Positions 1 to 8,803 of a DNA stretch of 64,000 bases are shown in pieces; position 1 is the first letter of the stretch, and every line of letters starts with the position of its first letter. The notes under the pieces were generated by a model that was not told the DNA's origin, ran no database searches, and was given only the letters and a program-made list of their open reading frames with translations. The DNA lies in assembly GCA_017991895.1 (NCBI GenBank), contig JAGOPR010000001.1, positions 13,089-77,088 of the forward strand, written 5' to 3'. The position numbers and the translations under genes were made by a program. This stretch comes from Minisyncoccota bacterium. Lineage in GTDB: Bacteria > Patescibacteriota > Minisyncoccia > Phycocordibacterales > UBA9973.

Positions 1-2
1 TT

Positions 3-986
3 CTCGTAATTGGTCACCAGTCTTTCCTTTGTGTTATGCGTGCCGTCATGAATGGCGTCACAACTGAAGAAAAACTCTATCAATACAGAAACAAATGGCG
101 AATGGGCAATGCGACTACTCGCGAATACACTCTTTCAATTGACCCAGAGGGTGCGGATCTCACTCAGGACGAAGATACACTCGATACATGGTTCTCTTCC
201 GGACTTTGGACATTTTCTACGCTCGGTTGGCCAAATCTTACTAGTCCAGACTTCAAAACCTATCATCCGACAACGATACTCGAAACAGGACACGACACTC
301 TGTTCTTCTGGGTGGCTCGCATGATTCTTATGTCTCAATATCTTGTAGGAGATGTTCCATTTAAAACTGTATATCTACACGGACTCGTTCGAGACGAAAA
401 AGGTAGAAAAATGAGTAAGTCGCTTGGAAATATCGTTGACCCTATCATGCTAATCGACAAGTTCGGTACAGATGCCCTCCGCATGGCAATGATTGTAGGC
501 GTAGGTCCCGGCTCTGACTCAAACCTCGGCGAAGAAAAAATAAAAGCTTACTCAAAATTTGCAAACAAGCTTTGGAACATCGCTCGATTTGTGCACGAGA
601 ATACGAGTAATTTCGATGTAAAAAATATCGACACAAACTCCATCCTTCCTATCGATAAAGAATACATTGCCGAACTTGATGCTCTCGCATCTGAAATAAC
701 CAAAGAAATGAGCGAGTATAAATTTTATATCGTTGCAGAAAAGTTATATCACTATGTGTGGCACACTTTTGCCGATAAAATTATCGAGGAAACAAAAATC
801 AGACTTAGCGGAGAAGACGAGCAAGCTCGACGTTCTGCTCAATCTACTATCTACTATCTACTAGTTACTAACTTGAAATTATTGCATCCATTTATGCCGT
901 ACATCACAGAAGAGCTCTGGCACCTTACATCTCACAAAAAAGATAGTATGCTTATGGTAGAAAAATGGCCGACAGTTGCTAAATAA
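3..986 (+). CDS. valS: Valyl-tRNA synthetase, C-terminal part (gene starts upstream of the window)
   Basis: Open frame from window start; class I aaRS KMSKS motif (KMSKSLGN) and anticodon-binding region resembling ValRS. Confidence 0.8.
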   Translation, partial: LVIGHQSFLCVMRAVMNGVTTEEKLYQYRNKWRMGNATTREYTLSIDPEGADLTQDEDTLDTWFSSGLWTFSTLGWPNLTSPDFKTYHPTTILETGHDTLFFWVARMILMSQYLVGDVPFKTVYLHGLVRDEKGRKMSKSLGNIVDPIMLIDKFGTDALRMAMIVGVGPGSDSNLGEEKIKAYSKFANKLWNIARFVHENTSNFDVKNIDTNSILPIDKEYIAELDALASEITKEMSEYKFYIVAEKLYHYVWHTFADKIIEETKIRLSGEDEQARRSAQSTIYYLLVTNLKLLHPFMPYITEELWHLTSHKKDSMLMVEKWPTVAK

Positions 987-991
987 CAAAC

Positions 992-1750
992 ATGCAAAAT
1001 GTAACCGCAAGTGGATTTTCGCACGACCCTAAAGTAATTGCTCTTGCAATACTTTTTGGCTTGATTCCGTCAGTACTCTGGCTTATTTTTTGGCTTCGTG
1101 AGGATAAAGACGGAAACAAAGAACCTCTCGGTCTAATACTTTTTACTTTCATTGCGGGAATGCTCTCAGTTGTATGTGTACTTCCGGTTGAGCGAATACT
1201 CTCGGCGTTTACATCAAACAATACTCAACTAATAATTTTGTGGTCATTAGCTGAGGAGTTATTCAAGTACGGAGCCTTCGCTCTCATAATGAGTAGCAAT
1301 AGCCATCTCGATGAGCCAGTAGACTATCCTATATATCTTATGACCGCTGCGCTTGGATTCGCCGCACTTGAAAATATCATGTATCTCATCAAGCCACTGT
1401 CTGTAAGCACTGCGACCGTTTCTTTTCTAACTGGGCACTTACGTTTCCTTGGTTCGACACTACTTCACTCTGTTGCGAGTGGAATAATAGGAATATCAAT
1501 CGGACTTGCCTTCTTCAAGTCAAGCGGTACTAGAACTTTATACACTTTTATCGGAATAGTTGGTGCCGTTACCTTGCACAGTCTCTTCAATTTTTTTATA
1601 ATACAGAACAGCGGAAAGAATTTCCTACAGATCTTCGGATTCTTGTGGGTGATCACCATTATCATAATGCTTCTCTTTGAGAAGCTACGACGCATGAGCC
1701 GATATGTAAATCAAGAATCGGACGACACTGCGCTAAATTCACAAACATAA
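992..1750 (+). CDS. PrsW-like intramembrane protease (multi-TM)
   Basis: Multiple TM helices; EELFKYGAF (EExxK-like) and HS..SG motifs typical of the PrsW family. Confidence 0.45.
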   Translation: MQNVTASGFSHDPKVIALAILFGLIPSVLWLIFWLREDKDGNKEPLGLILFTFIAGMLSVVCVLPVERILSAFTSNNTQLIILWSLAEELFKYGAFALIMSSNSHLDEPVDYPIYLMTAALGFAALENIMYLIKPLSVSTATVSFLTGHLRFLGSTLLHSVASGIIGISIGLAFFKSSGTRTLYTFIGIVGAVTLHSLFNFFIIQNSGKNFLQIFGFLWVITIIIMLLFEKLRRMSRYVNQESDDTALNSQT

Positions 1751-1752
1751 TC

Positions 1753-2226
1753 ATGGCAAAAGAAAAAAAGAGATCATTTTTCGAACGACTCACAGGTGGA
1801 GTTCGTCTACATGATGAAGACGAAGCAGAAAAAGCCACTCGCATCAATCCAAAATCTGAAGATGGTGAAGACCTATGGAACAAAGACGAGGAAACGGATG
1901 GCGAGCTTGCTCTCGACGTCTATCAAACACCATCTGATATCATGGTACACACATTCGTGGCTGGAGTTCGTCCTGAAGATCTAGAAATCAACATCACTCG
2001 AGACATGCTCACTATCCGTGGCAAGCGCCAAGAAAGTCGTACCGTATCAGAAAATGATTACTTTAGTCGTGAACTTTACTGGGGTTCATTCTCTCGTACA
2101 GTTTCCCTTCCGCAAGAAGTTGAGCCCGAAGAAGCAGAAGCAATCGAACGTCATGGTCTTCTCACTATTCGTTTGCCGAAAATTGATAAGAACAAGAAGT
2201 CGAATTTGAAGGTTAAATCGGTATAA
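1753..2226 (+). CDS. Hsp20/alpha-crystallin small heat shock protein
   Basis: Alpha-crystallin domain signature (DVYQT..., GLLTIRLPK); 3-nt spacing after the previous gene, followed by a terminator. Confidence 0.85.
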   Translation: MAKEKKRSFFERLTGGVRLHDEDEAEKATRINPKSEDGEDLWNKDEETDGELALDVYQTPSDIMVHTFVAGVRPEDLEINITRDMLTIRGKRQESRTVSENDYFSRELYWGSFSRTVSLPQEVEPEEAEAIERHGLLTIRLPKIDKNKKSNLKVKSV

Positions 2227-2269
2227 TAACTAGCTTATAGTTAATAGCTGTTAGCCTGTAGCTTCATAC

Positions 2270-2305
2270 AAAATGCCCCGAGCTTATACGCGGGGCATTT
2301 TGTAT
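2270..2305 (+). terminator. Rho-independent terminator after the Hsp20 gene
   Basis: Stem aatgccccg / cggggcatt with a 10-nt loop and a T-run. Confidence 0.7.
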
Positions 2306-2338
2306 GTATACATTTCACTATAAGCTAAAAGCTGACAG

Positions 2339-2737
2339 CTATACGCTATTCCCGTTATGATGCTCATCGTACACGGCAGGATTTAGTGTTTCCATTTCCT
2401 CCATGCATCGGTAATACAAATCCCGATTACCTATAACCCCTGCAATATCAGAAATTTGTGACCAAAGCGTTATTGAAATATCGGGTGCTCCAAGCTCTCC
2501 GTATGTTTTTGCAATTTGAATAAGTTCTTCAACGGCACTTTTTCCTGAATCTCCGGGCATCCTAGCGCCACCTAGCAATCTATCAGTAAGAAGCTTTATT
2601 TTTTCTTCCTCCTTTATCGTACGACTCTCTTTCTGCAGCATTCCTATGATACGCTCGGCATCAGTCTTTCCGACGTCCTCGAGCTCATTTTCTTCCTCGT
2701 CGAGGTAGCTATCTTCAAATCGTTTTCTGTATCCCAT
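2339..2737 (-). CDS. Hypothetical acidic protein
   Basis: ORF 2339..2806 trimmed to the internal Met (MGYRK...) to avoid overlap with the dinB 3' end. Confidence 0.35.
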   Translation of the reverse strand: MGYRKRFEDSYLDEEENELEDVGKTDAERIIGMLQKESRTIKEEEKIKLLTDRLLGGARMPGDSGKSAVEELIQIAKTYGELGAPDISITLWSQISDIAGVIGNRDLYYRCMEEMETLNPAVYDEHHNGNSV

Positions 2738-2783
2738 GGTTACATAGTAAATACTAAATAGAAAATAGTAAATAGGTATAAAT

Positions 2784-3998
2784 CTAGCCAAAAAACGAAT
2801 TACCACGATTTTTTTTCGCTGTCTTTAAAGCTGACGCGTGCTTTATCGCATTCCTGCCATACTTTGCCCGCATTCTATCGGCAACTTCTTCAACTACAAG
2901 CTTCTCATTTGCTTTTTTTTGATTTCCAAATAAATCATCAGGTATTGTTTCGATTTTAGTTAGAGCGTGTAGTGTTATGCCTGTCGAGCGTATCATTTCA
3001 CCCTTCTTGAGAACTTTTTTAAATATCGGTTCAATTGCATTTAATATCACCCCTGCATCAGCCGAATAAAATGAAAGCTTTGCGCTTCCTTCACGATGAA
3101 TAAAATCCGTATTTTTAACAAAAAATGAAACCGATTTTGTAAGCAAGTGAAGCTCTCGTGCACGTTCACACGCCTCTTCTACATTGTCTGATAATTCCGC
3201 CCAAATATATTCCTTGTCCGAAGACGACGGTTTGAAGGTCGCAGTAGATTGTAAAGACTTCTGATCTCTCGGGTCTACATTCGACTCAACACTACTTCGT
3301 ACCTCGCCCATAAGTTCCTTTTGTAAATCAAGCAACGGCTCCGAAAAGTGCTTTTCAATTTGCTTGCTATCCATTTTTACAAAATCATACGCAGTCATAA
3401 TTGCTCTATTTAAAAGTCTCGGTACAGTTTTACGCCCAATACCCCAAACATCCTCTACTTTAGTTTTTTTAAGCGCCGACACCTCGTCCTTTTCATTCAA
3501 AAGCACAACAAGTCCATTTGGCTTATTAAGCTTTGAAGCAGTTTTCGCTAGCGTCTTTGTCCGCGCCAAGCCGAATGAATAAGTGACTCCGAGCTTATCT
3601 TGTATTTCGTTTTTTATTTCACGTACAAATTTTTCTGCGCCTTTTGCGTATTTAATATCTGCTGGCGTTGCGACTGCAAAACACTCATCGATACTATAAC
3701 GCTCAACCTCGCTCATATAAGACAACAAAATTTCATACACCTTATCTGAAATTTCTCGATACAACCCAAAACTGTGAGGAAGAATAATTACTTTAGGAAA
3801 TTTCTTTTTAATTTCAAATACGGGCATACCACGAGTGACTCCGAGTTTTTTTGCTTCGGCACTCATAGCTACAGCAATTCCACGGTCTTCGCCAACAACT
3901 ACGGGCTTACCTCGGAGCTCTGGACGGCTTACTAGCTCACACGCGACAAAAAATGAGTCGCCGTCTGCATGTAAGAATAGATCATTTTTCGTCGCCAT
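2784..3998 (-). CDS. dinB: Y-family DNA polymerase IV
   Basis: N-terminal HADGDSFFVACE (DxD..FF..VE) catalytic motif and overall ImpB/UmuC/DinB architecture. Confidence 0.85.
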   Translation of the reverse strand: MATKNDLFLHADGDSFFVACELVSRPELRGKPVVVGEDRGIAVAMSAEAKKLGVTRGMPVFEIKKKFPKVIILPHSFGLYREISDKVYEILLSYMSEVERYSIDECFAVATPADIKYAKGAEKFVREIKNEIQDKLGVTYSFGLARTKTLAKTASKLNKPNGLVVLLNEKDEVSALKKTKVEDVWGIGRKTVPRLLNRAIMTAYDFVKMDSKQIEKHFSEPLLDLQKELMGEVRSSVESNVDPRDQKSLQSTATFKPSSSDKEYIWAELSDNVEEACERARELHLLTKSVSFFVKNTDFIHREGSAKLSFYSADAGVILNAIEPIFKKVLKKGEMIRSTGITLHALTKIETIPDDLFGNQKKANEKLVVEEVADRMRAKYGRNAIKHASALKTAKKNRGNSFFG

Positions 3999-4026
3999 AA
4001 GCTTATTTTACAACATATTTTAGAGT

Positions 4027-4055
4027 TTGACAATACTACAAAAATATGCTATTAT
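4027..4055 (+). promoter_or_regulatory. Sigma70-type promoter TTGACA-N17-TATTAT
   Basis: Exact TTGACA (4027-4032), 17-nt spacer, TATTAT (4050-4055), 25 nt upstream of the small ORF at 4081. Confidence 0.5.
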
Positions 4056-4080
4056 ATAGTATAACCAATCTTTCAAAAAC

Positions 4081-4224
4081 ATGAGCTTGTATTACGAGGA
4101 AGGCGAAATAAAGAAGGACTTCATAGAACTTCCGCCCCAAATAAATTGCCCATCATATATCTGGTTCCTCGTGGACCAAGAGAAAATTACTGAAGAGGAA
4201 GCAAAGCGCATCCTCAACAATTAA
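4081..4224 (+). CDS. Small hypothetical protein (47 aa, MSLYYEEGEIKK...), not in the ORF track
   Basis: Read by hand; preceded by a canonical promoter and followed by two hairpin terminators (4242-4272, 4293-4324). Confidence 0.35.
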   Translation: MSLYYEEGEIKKDFIELPPQINCPSYIWFLVDQEKITEEEAKRILNN

Positions 4225-4292
4225 ATCTATTTCATCATCTTAATCCCCGCCACTTTATTGTGGCGGATTTTACTATCTACCCAAATAGAATA

Positions 4293-4324
4293 AGAGCGGC
4301 TGAATTTCAGCCGCTCTTTTTTGT
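4293..4324 (+). terminator. Rho-independent terminator
   Basis: agagcggctg / cagccgctct 10-bp stem followed by TTTTTT. Confidence 0.65.
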
Positions 4325-4504
4325 CTAAACCATAAAAACACAAACACACAAAACTATGATAAATCATAAGGAAGCCCGAGGGGGCAATATAACCATCCTT
4401 AACCAAAACAAAAAATCGCCCACGCTCGAGCCCCTTATGATAAATGTAAAATTACAATAGAATATAAAAATACACTATTATATCAATCTTGTCAACTCAT
4501 GTAC

Positions 4505-4537
4505 TCTCAGCCGGTAACCCGGTTACCGGCTGAGAGT
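4505..4537. repeat. REP-like perfect palindrome (copy 1), ctctcagccggtaacc-c-ggttaccggctgagag
   Basis: 16-bp perfect inverted repeat with core ccggtaacc/ggttaccgg; overlaps the last codons and stop of the RAYT gene. Confidence 0.85.
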
Positions 4538-5218
4538 AATCCACTCAATGATCTCCTTTCTGAAGTCGTTTTTGTTTGGAAAATAATCTGGAAACACATT
4601 CGTATCAAGTATCCTACTTTGCGGTCTTTTTTTATTATTAAAATCAGCAAAACTACTCCATTTATAATCCTTTAAATAATTTAGGGCTTCGTTCGTATCT
4701 CGAATACCCTTCTCCTTCCAGTCGCCCTGAATTAATTTTACAGGATTCAAATGAATATACGAAAACAGATATTTTGCGTAATTATCGTTATTAACATGAG
4801 TCGACTTGAATCGACCCTCAAAAAGTGATCCCGTGCGTTTGTGACGAGCATTAAAATATCGAGAGTAAGCCTTCTCAACTCTGTGCATATAATCTGAAAT
4901 AGGATTACTTAGCTCACCCCGCTTGCCGGTAACCGGGTTACCGGCTGGTATCGTTGCGTAAATATGAAAATGATTGGGCATCAATACCCAAGCTCCGATT
5001 GCAATAACTGTATTACCTCTTTCAAAATCAAAAGCACTTATTTTACTTTTAACAATATCATCTCTAAAATCAAACTTAGTGCTCGAATTACATAAGTATA
5101 GTAATTTTACAAATCTATCCCTATCAATATCATCAACAAAAATTAGTTGCTTACTATTCCCGCGATTATACAGGTGATAAAATTCACCCTCTACAAATGT
5201 GACAGTTCTCTGTGACAT
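4523..5218 (-). CDS. REP-associated tyrosine transposase (RAYT) / IS200-like Y1 HUH transposase
   Basis: HUH motif (MPNHFHIY) and catalytic Tyr region (AYSRYFNARH); flanked and interrupted by REP palindromes. Confidence 0.7.
   Translation of the reverse strand: MSQRTVTFVEGEFYHLYNRGNSKQLIFVDDIDRDRFVKLLYLCNSSTKFDFRDDIVKSKISAFDFERGNTVIAIGAWVLMPNHFHIYATIPAGNPVTGKRGELSNPISDYMHRVEKAYSRYFNARHKRTGSLFEGRFKSTHVNNDNYAKYLFSYIHLNPVKLIQGDWKEKGIRDTNEALNYLKDYKWSSFADFNNKKRPQSRILDTNVFPDYFPNKNDFRKEIIEWITLSR
4924..4944. repeat. REP-like palindrome (copy 2) inside the RAYT CDS
   Basis: gccggtaacc-g-ggttaccggc; in frame it encodes PAGNPVTGKR within the transposase. Confidence 0.8.
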
Positions 5219-5233
5219 ATGCCTAATTATATT

Positions 5234-5252
5234 CCGGTAACCGGGTTACCGG
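5234..5252. repeat. REP-like palindrome (copy 3), 15 bp upstream of the RAYT start
   Basis: ccggtaacc-g-ggttaccgg lies between the RAYT start (5218) and the helicase stop (5259). Confidence 0.8.
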
Positions 5253-5258
5253 CAAGCA

Positions 5259-7028
5259 TCATTTTGTCTTTTTTACATATGTTGTCTTGGAGGCCTTGGC
5301 AATTTTTTGACGTTCAAGAAAAGATTTTGTATCTTCATCAGGCTCAATTAAATTATGACTAACAAGACGCAAATTTATAGAACTCGGCCGTCGCCCAAGA
5401 ATTACAGCAATTTCCTCAATTGATTTCCCGTTCTTAAACTCGCGCACCAGCACAAAGTCTTCTTCATCCTTCCATGGCTTTCCTGCATTTGGATAAACAG
5501 AACGAATTTTTTCCATTTTTTCAATCCATTCTGGACTTGCTTTGGACTTTTTGATGCTTGATGTTTTGTATTTTTTCTCTTCGATTTTTCCTCCCATTTT
5601 TAATATGAAGCCATGCTCAAGTTTTTCGAGCTCTTCCTTTGAAAGCCTCGAAAACATTTTTTTATTTTCTTCACTTTCGCTTTGAAAATTTTCATCTAGT
5701 GCAAGCACTGCCGGATCCATTGATAACGCATTATCCGAATATCCCACTAGCCTAATACCAGATAGCGTACGTACACGTGAAAGCGCCACATACCCCATTC
5801 CGTATGTAAATGTCTTTGATAAATCTATTTCTGCGCTATCCATGCTCATTCCTTGGCTCTTGTGGATTGTAATAGCCCACGCAAGACGAAGCGGGTATTG
5901 AGTGATTGAGGCCTTAACTCGTCCATTTTCTTCTACCTCCCAGTCCATCGCTCCTACAGTAAGTTTTCTGCCAGTAGAATATATTTCGACGATCGGCTCG
6001 CCTCTGCTATCAAATCCAGAAACTTTTCCTCGCGTCCCATTAAAATATCCGAGTTCGTAGTTGTTTTTTATAAACATGACTTCTGCGCCAATCTTTAGCG
6101 CGAGTCGCTCCGGAGCAAGGCAGGCTTTTTTGAGTGCCTCAACTATAAATTCACTTCCCTTCCCCGCCATTACAAATTCTTTTGTATCTCCAGAAATCTT
6201 TGCGAGTTCCGCATGATTTATAGAATCAACATCAATATTATGTGTATACAACTTGGTCGGAAGTGTTCCGATATTCTCCGCGTTCATTCTGCCTTTTACG
6301 AGAGCCTTATGTGTATCATCCACAGTATTTGTCCGCATTGCATTTAGGATTTCCAGAAATACGTCGTCCTCCTGTCTGTGCTGTTCCGTAAGATAACAAA
6401 TAGCAGGCTTCATCGCGCGCCATGCTCGAGAATGCACCACCATGTCAGATTCAGGTATTTCTTCCTTGATTTCCCCACTATCGTAGTCAATGAATAACTC
6501 GCTTTGAGATTGTATTTTTGATTCACTATTTTCTATTTTCGATTTACTATTTACAGATTTTGTCACAGGCGGTAGCTGAAAAAAATCTCCAGACAAAATC
6601 ACCTGAAGCCCGCCAAACGGCAAATCGTTGCGCTTAAACCTGCGACATACCCGCTCCACCATGTCGAGCCGATGCGCGTGAAGCATAGAAACTTCATCAA
6701 TAATAAGTACTCTCGCTTTTTCAAATCGTTTCCAAAGATACTGCTTTTGCTCAAGTTGTTCGAGCGCAAAATCATCGAGTGTCTCACGTATGCCAATTCC
6801 AGACCATCCATGTATCGTCTGGCCGTTCATATGTGTCGCTGCGATGCCCGTAGACGCGGTTATGGCGACAGGAATCTCATGTTCATCTAGCCATCGTATA
6901 TACTCTCGTAAAGTATGTGTTTTACCGCTCCCAGCCGAACCAGTTAAGTATACGTTGAGGCCTGTCTTCATTATCGCTAGAGCTTCTGTTTGAGTCATAT
7001 ATTGAGTTTGTATTATACACGAGGACAA
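5259..7028 (-). CDS. PIF1/RecD-like ATP-dependent DNA helicase
   Basis: Walker A GSAGSGKT, Walker B LIIDEVSML, C-terminal HKSQGMS motif typical of RecD/Pif1 SF1B helicases. Confidence 0.75.
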   Translation of the reverse strand: MSSCIIQTQYMTQTEALAIMKTGLNVYLTGSAGSGKTHTLREYIRWLDEHEIPVAITASTGIAATHMNGQTIHGWSGIGIRETLDDFALEQLEQKQYLWKRFEKARVLIIDEVSMLHAHRLDMVERVCRRFKRNDLPFGGLQVILSGDFFQLPPVTKSVNSKSKIENSESKIQSQSELFIDYDSGEIKEEIPESDMVVHSRAWRAMKPAICYLTEQHRQEDDVFLEILNAMRTNTVDDTHKALVKGRMNAENIGTLPTKLYTHNIDVDSINHAELAKISGDTKEFVMAGKGSEFIVEALKKACLAPERLALKIGAEVMFIKNNYELGYFNGTRGKVSGFDSRGEPIVEIYSTGRKLTVGAMDWEVEENGRVKASITQYPLRLAWAITIHKSQGMSMDSAEIDLSKTFTYGMGYVALSRVRTLSGIRLVGYSDNALSMDPAVLALDENFQSESEENKKMFSRLSKEELEKLEHGFILKMGGKIEEKKYKTSSIKKSKASPEWIEKMEKIRSVYPNAGKPWKDEEDFVLVREFKNGKSIEEIAVILGRRPSSINLRLVSHNLIEPDEDTKSFLERQKIAKASKTTYVKKTK

Positions 7029-7086
7029 CGCATTCCATGGTAAGATAAGGAGGTCGCATTCCTACAGGTGATGTGTTCTAAAATAT

Positions 7087-7332
7087 ATGGACACACTTAT
7101 AAAAGCAGACATTTTCTTTTTTATCAGCTCTATCTCTGCTGTCGTTTTTCTCATACTCGGCTGTATAGTATTTTATTACGTTATCCGGATACTAGTGAAT
7201 TTCAAAGAAGTAACCGAGGTACTGAAATCTAAGATAGAAATTGTGGGCGACGACGTACACGCCTTGGCCCGTGATGTTCGTGAGAGTTTTGTTTTTGCAC
7301 TTCTCTTTGGCAAAAAGAAGAAAAAGAAATAA
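7087..7332 (+). CDS. Small membrane protein with poly-Lys tail
   Basis: Single N-terminal TM helix; ends in KKKKKK. Confidence 0.35.
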   Translation: MDTLIKADIFFFISSISAVVFLILGCIVFYYVIRILVNFKEVTEVLKSKIEIVGDDVHALARDVRESFVFALLFGKKKKKK

Positions 7333-7394
7333 CAAATCATGCCTGCTGTGTGTAGTAGATACACACGCCGTTATTCGATTAATACATTAAATCT

Positions 7395-7748
7395 ATGGTA
7401 AAAAAATCAGGCAGTAATGCAGGAAAAGTATTGGCAGTGAGCATTGGCATCGCAGCAGTTTCTGCTGCAGCATATCTTCTCATGGGTAAAAACGGAAAGA
7501 CAAATCGTAAAAATCTAAAAGGCTGGATGCTCAAAATGAAAGGCGAAGTCGTTGAAAAACTTGAAAAAATGAAAGAGGTCACGGAAGAAAAATTTGAAAA
7601 CGTTGTTAGTGATATTTCAGAAAAATATCGTGCGATGAGCCATGTTGATTCAGACGATTTAGAAAAAGAAGTAAAGTTACTACGAAGCGATTGGAAAGCC
7701 CTTGTTAAAAAACACAAAAGTGGAATAAGAAAGGTTGTTAAAAATTAA
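7395..7748 (+). CDS. YtxH-like (DUF948) membrane-anchored coiled-coil protein
   Basis: N-terminal TM followed by a Lys/Glu-rich coiled coil; terminator directly downstream. Confidence 0.4.
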   Translation: MVKKSGSNAGKVLAVSIGIAAVSAAAYLLMGKNGKTNRKNLKGWMLKMKGEVVEKLEKMKEVTEEKFENVVSDISEKYRAMSHVDSDDLEKEVKLLRSDWKALVKKHKSGIRKVVKN

Positions 7749-7767
7749 TTTAGACCAAACAACAATG

Positions 7768-7803
7768 TGAAAGCCGCCGGAATTTCCGGCGGCTTTTATT
7801 TCG
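7768..7803 (+). terminator. Rho-independent terminator
   Basis: aaagccgccggaa / ttccggcggcttt stem followed by a T-run. Confidence 0.75.
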
Positions 7804-7992
7804 ATAGGGACCCACAAATCAATGGCACGATAAAAGCAGGGCAACAAGCGAGGCTACAGCTAGTAGCCAGCTACGATTTTGTGAGCGCTTCTGATGAATA
7901 CGCTCAATTAGTCGATGCTTCATATGCACAATTTAATAAAGAGGAAACCTCCTTATCGAAAAGGATATCATTTGCCGATTTCGTGTCAATAA

Positions 7993-8745
7993 CTATTTTA
8001 AAATGTCGGATATTTTAGATAATGGAATCTTGGCCTCGAATGTTCCGGCAGCGTACGCAGATACTTGATATGGCGGAAAAATTAATACTAGATTTTCTCC
8101 ATTTACATAATAGAATTGCAGGGTTTCAGGAGTTGGCGCGGTCCCCATTCGAATCCAATCGATTTGATCATCATCGAGCGTAGACTCAAATCTTTTTGTT
8201 GCCTCCTTTGTTATAAAATTATATGAAAGATCAGAAAGTCTATCTAAATATCTTGCATCATTTTTAAATAAATCTGCGAGCTCTACTTTTTCTCCATTTT
8301 TATTAAAGTTAAGTGTAGCGTAGTAGCTATTTGGGTGCGCTCCGCCGGTATCTTCGTATATATTAAAAACATATGAAATATATTTTGTTGATGTATAAGC
8401 ATTGTAATCAATACCCATCGCGTATTTTCGATTTGATTCAAGAAGTCTCGCCTTCTCTTGTTCAGTTAGCATTTCTGTATATACCATATTCAAAAATGCG
8501 TCCGTCCTATCAACTATAAATTTTTTGATTGATTCCTTCGCGCGAATACCAGCTTCACCAGAAAGTGAGGTACTCGTTGGATAAGTTACATCAATATCAA
8601 CAAAATCTGTAGTTTTTGAAATTGTTTCTTCGGTCGAGTCCAAAATGTCTACTACATTCTCTGGGCTTTTTTTGAAATTAGTCAGCAAAAAATACATTGC
8701 AATCAAAAATATGAAAACCAATCCCACCGCTTTTTTTATATTCAT
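7993..8745 (-). CDS. Membrane-anchored DUF3298/DUF4163 (RsiV-like) domain protein
   Basis: N-terminal TM; TGGAHP motif and composition resembling the RsiV/PdaC C-terminal domain. Confidence 0.4.
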   Translation of the reverse strand: MNIKKAVGLVFIFLIAMYFLLTNFKKSPENVVDILDSTEETISKTTDFVDIDVTYPTSTSLSGEAGIRAKESIKKFIVDRTDAFLNMVYTEMLTEQEKARLLESNRKYAMGIDYNAYTSTKYISYVFNIYEDTGGAHPNSYYATLNFNKNGEKVELADLFKNDARYLDRLSDLSYNFITKEATKRFESTLDDDQIDWIRMGTAPTPETLQFYYVNGENLVLIFPPYQVSAYAAGTFEAKIPLSKISDILK

Positions 8746-8767
8746 ATTTAGATTATATCACCCATCA

Positions 8768-8800
8768 AACAAAAATGACCCTCTCGGGTCATTTTTGTTT
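8768..8800 (-). terminator. Terminator downstream of dnaK
   Basis: aaaaatgaccc tctc gggtcattttt hairpin between the dnaK stop and the next gene. Confidence 0.6.
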
Positions 8801-8803
8801 TCC

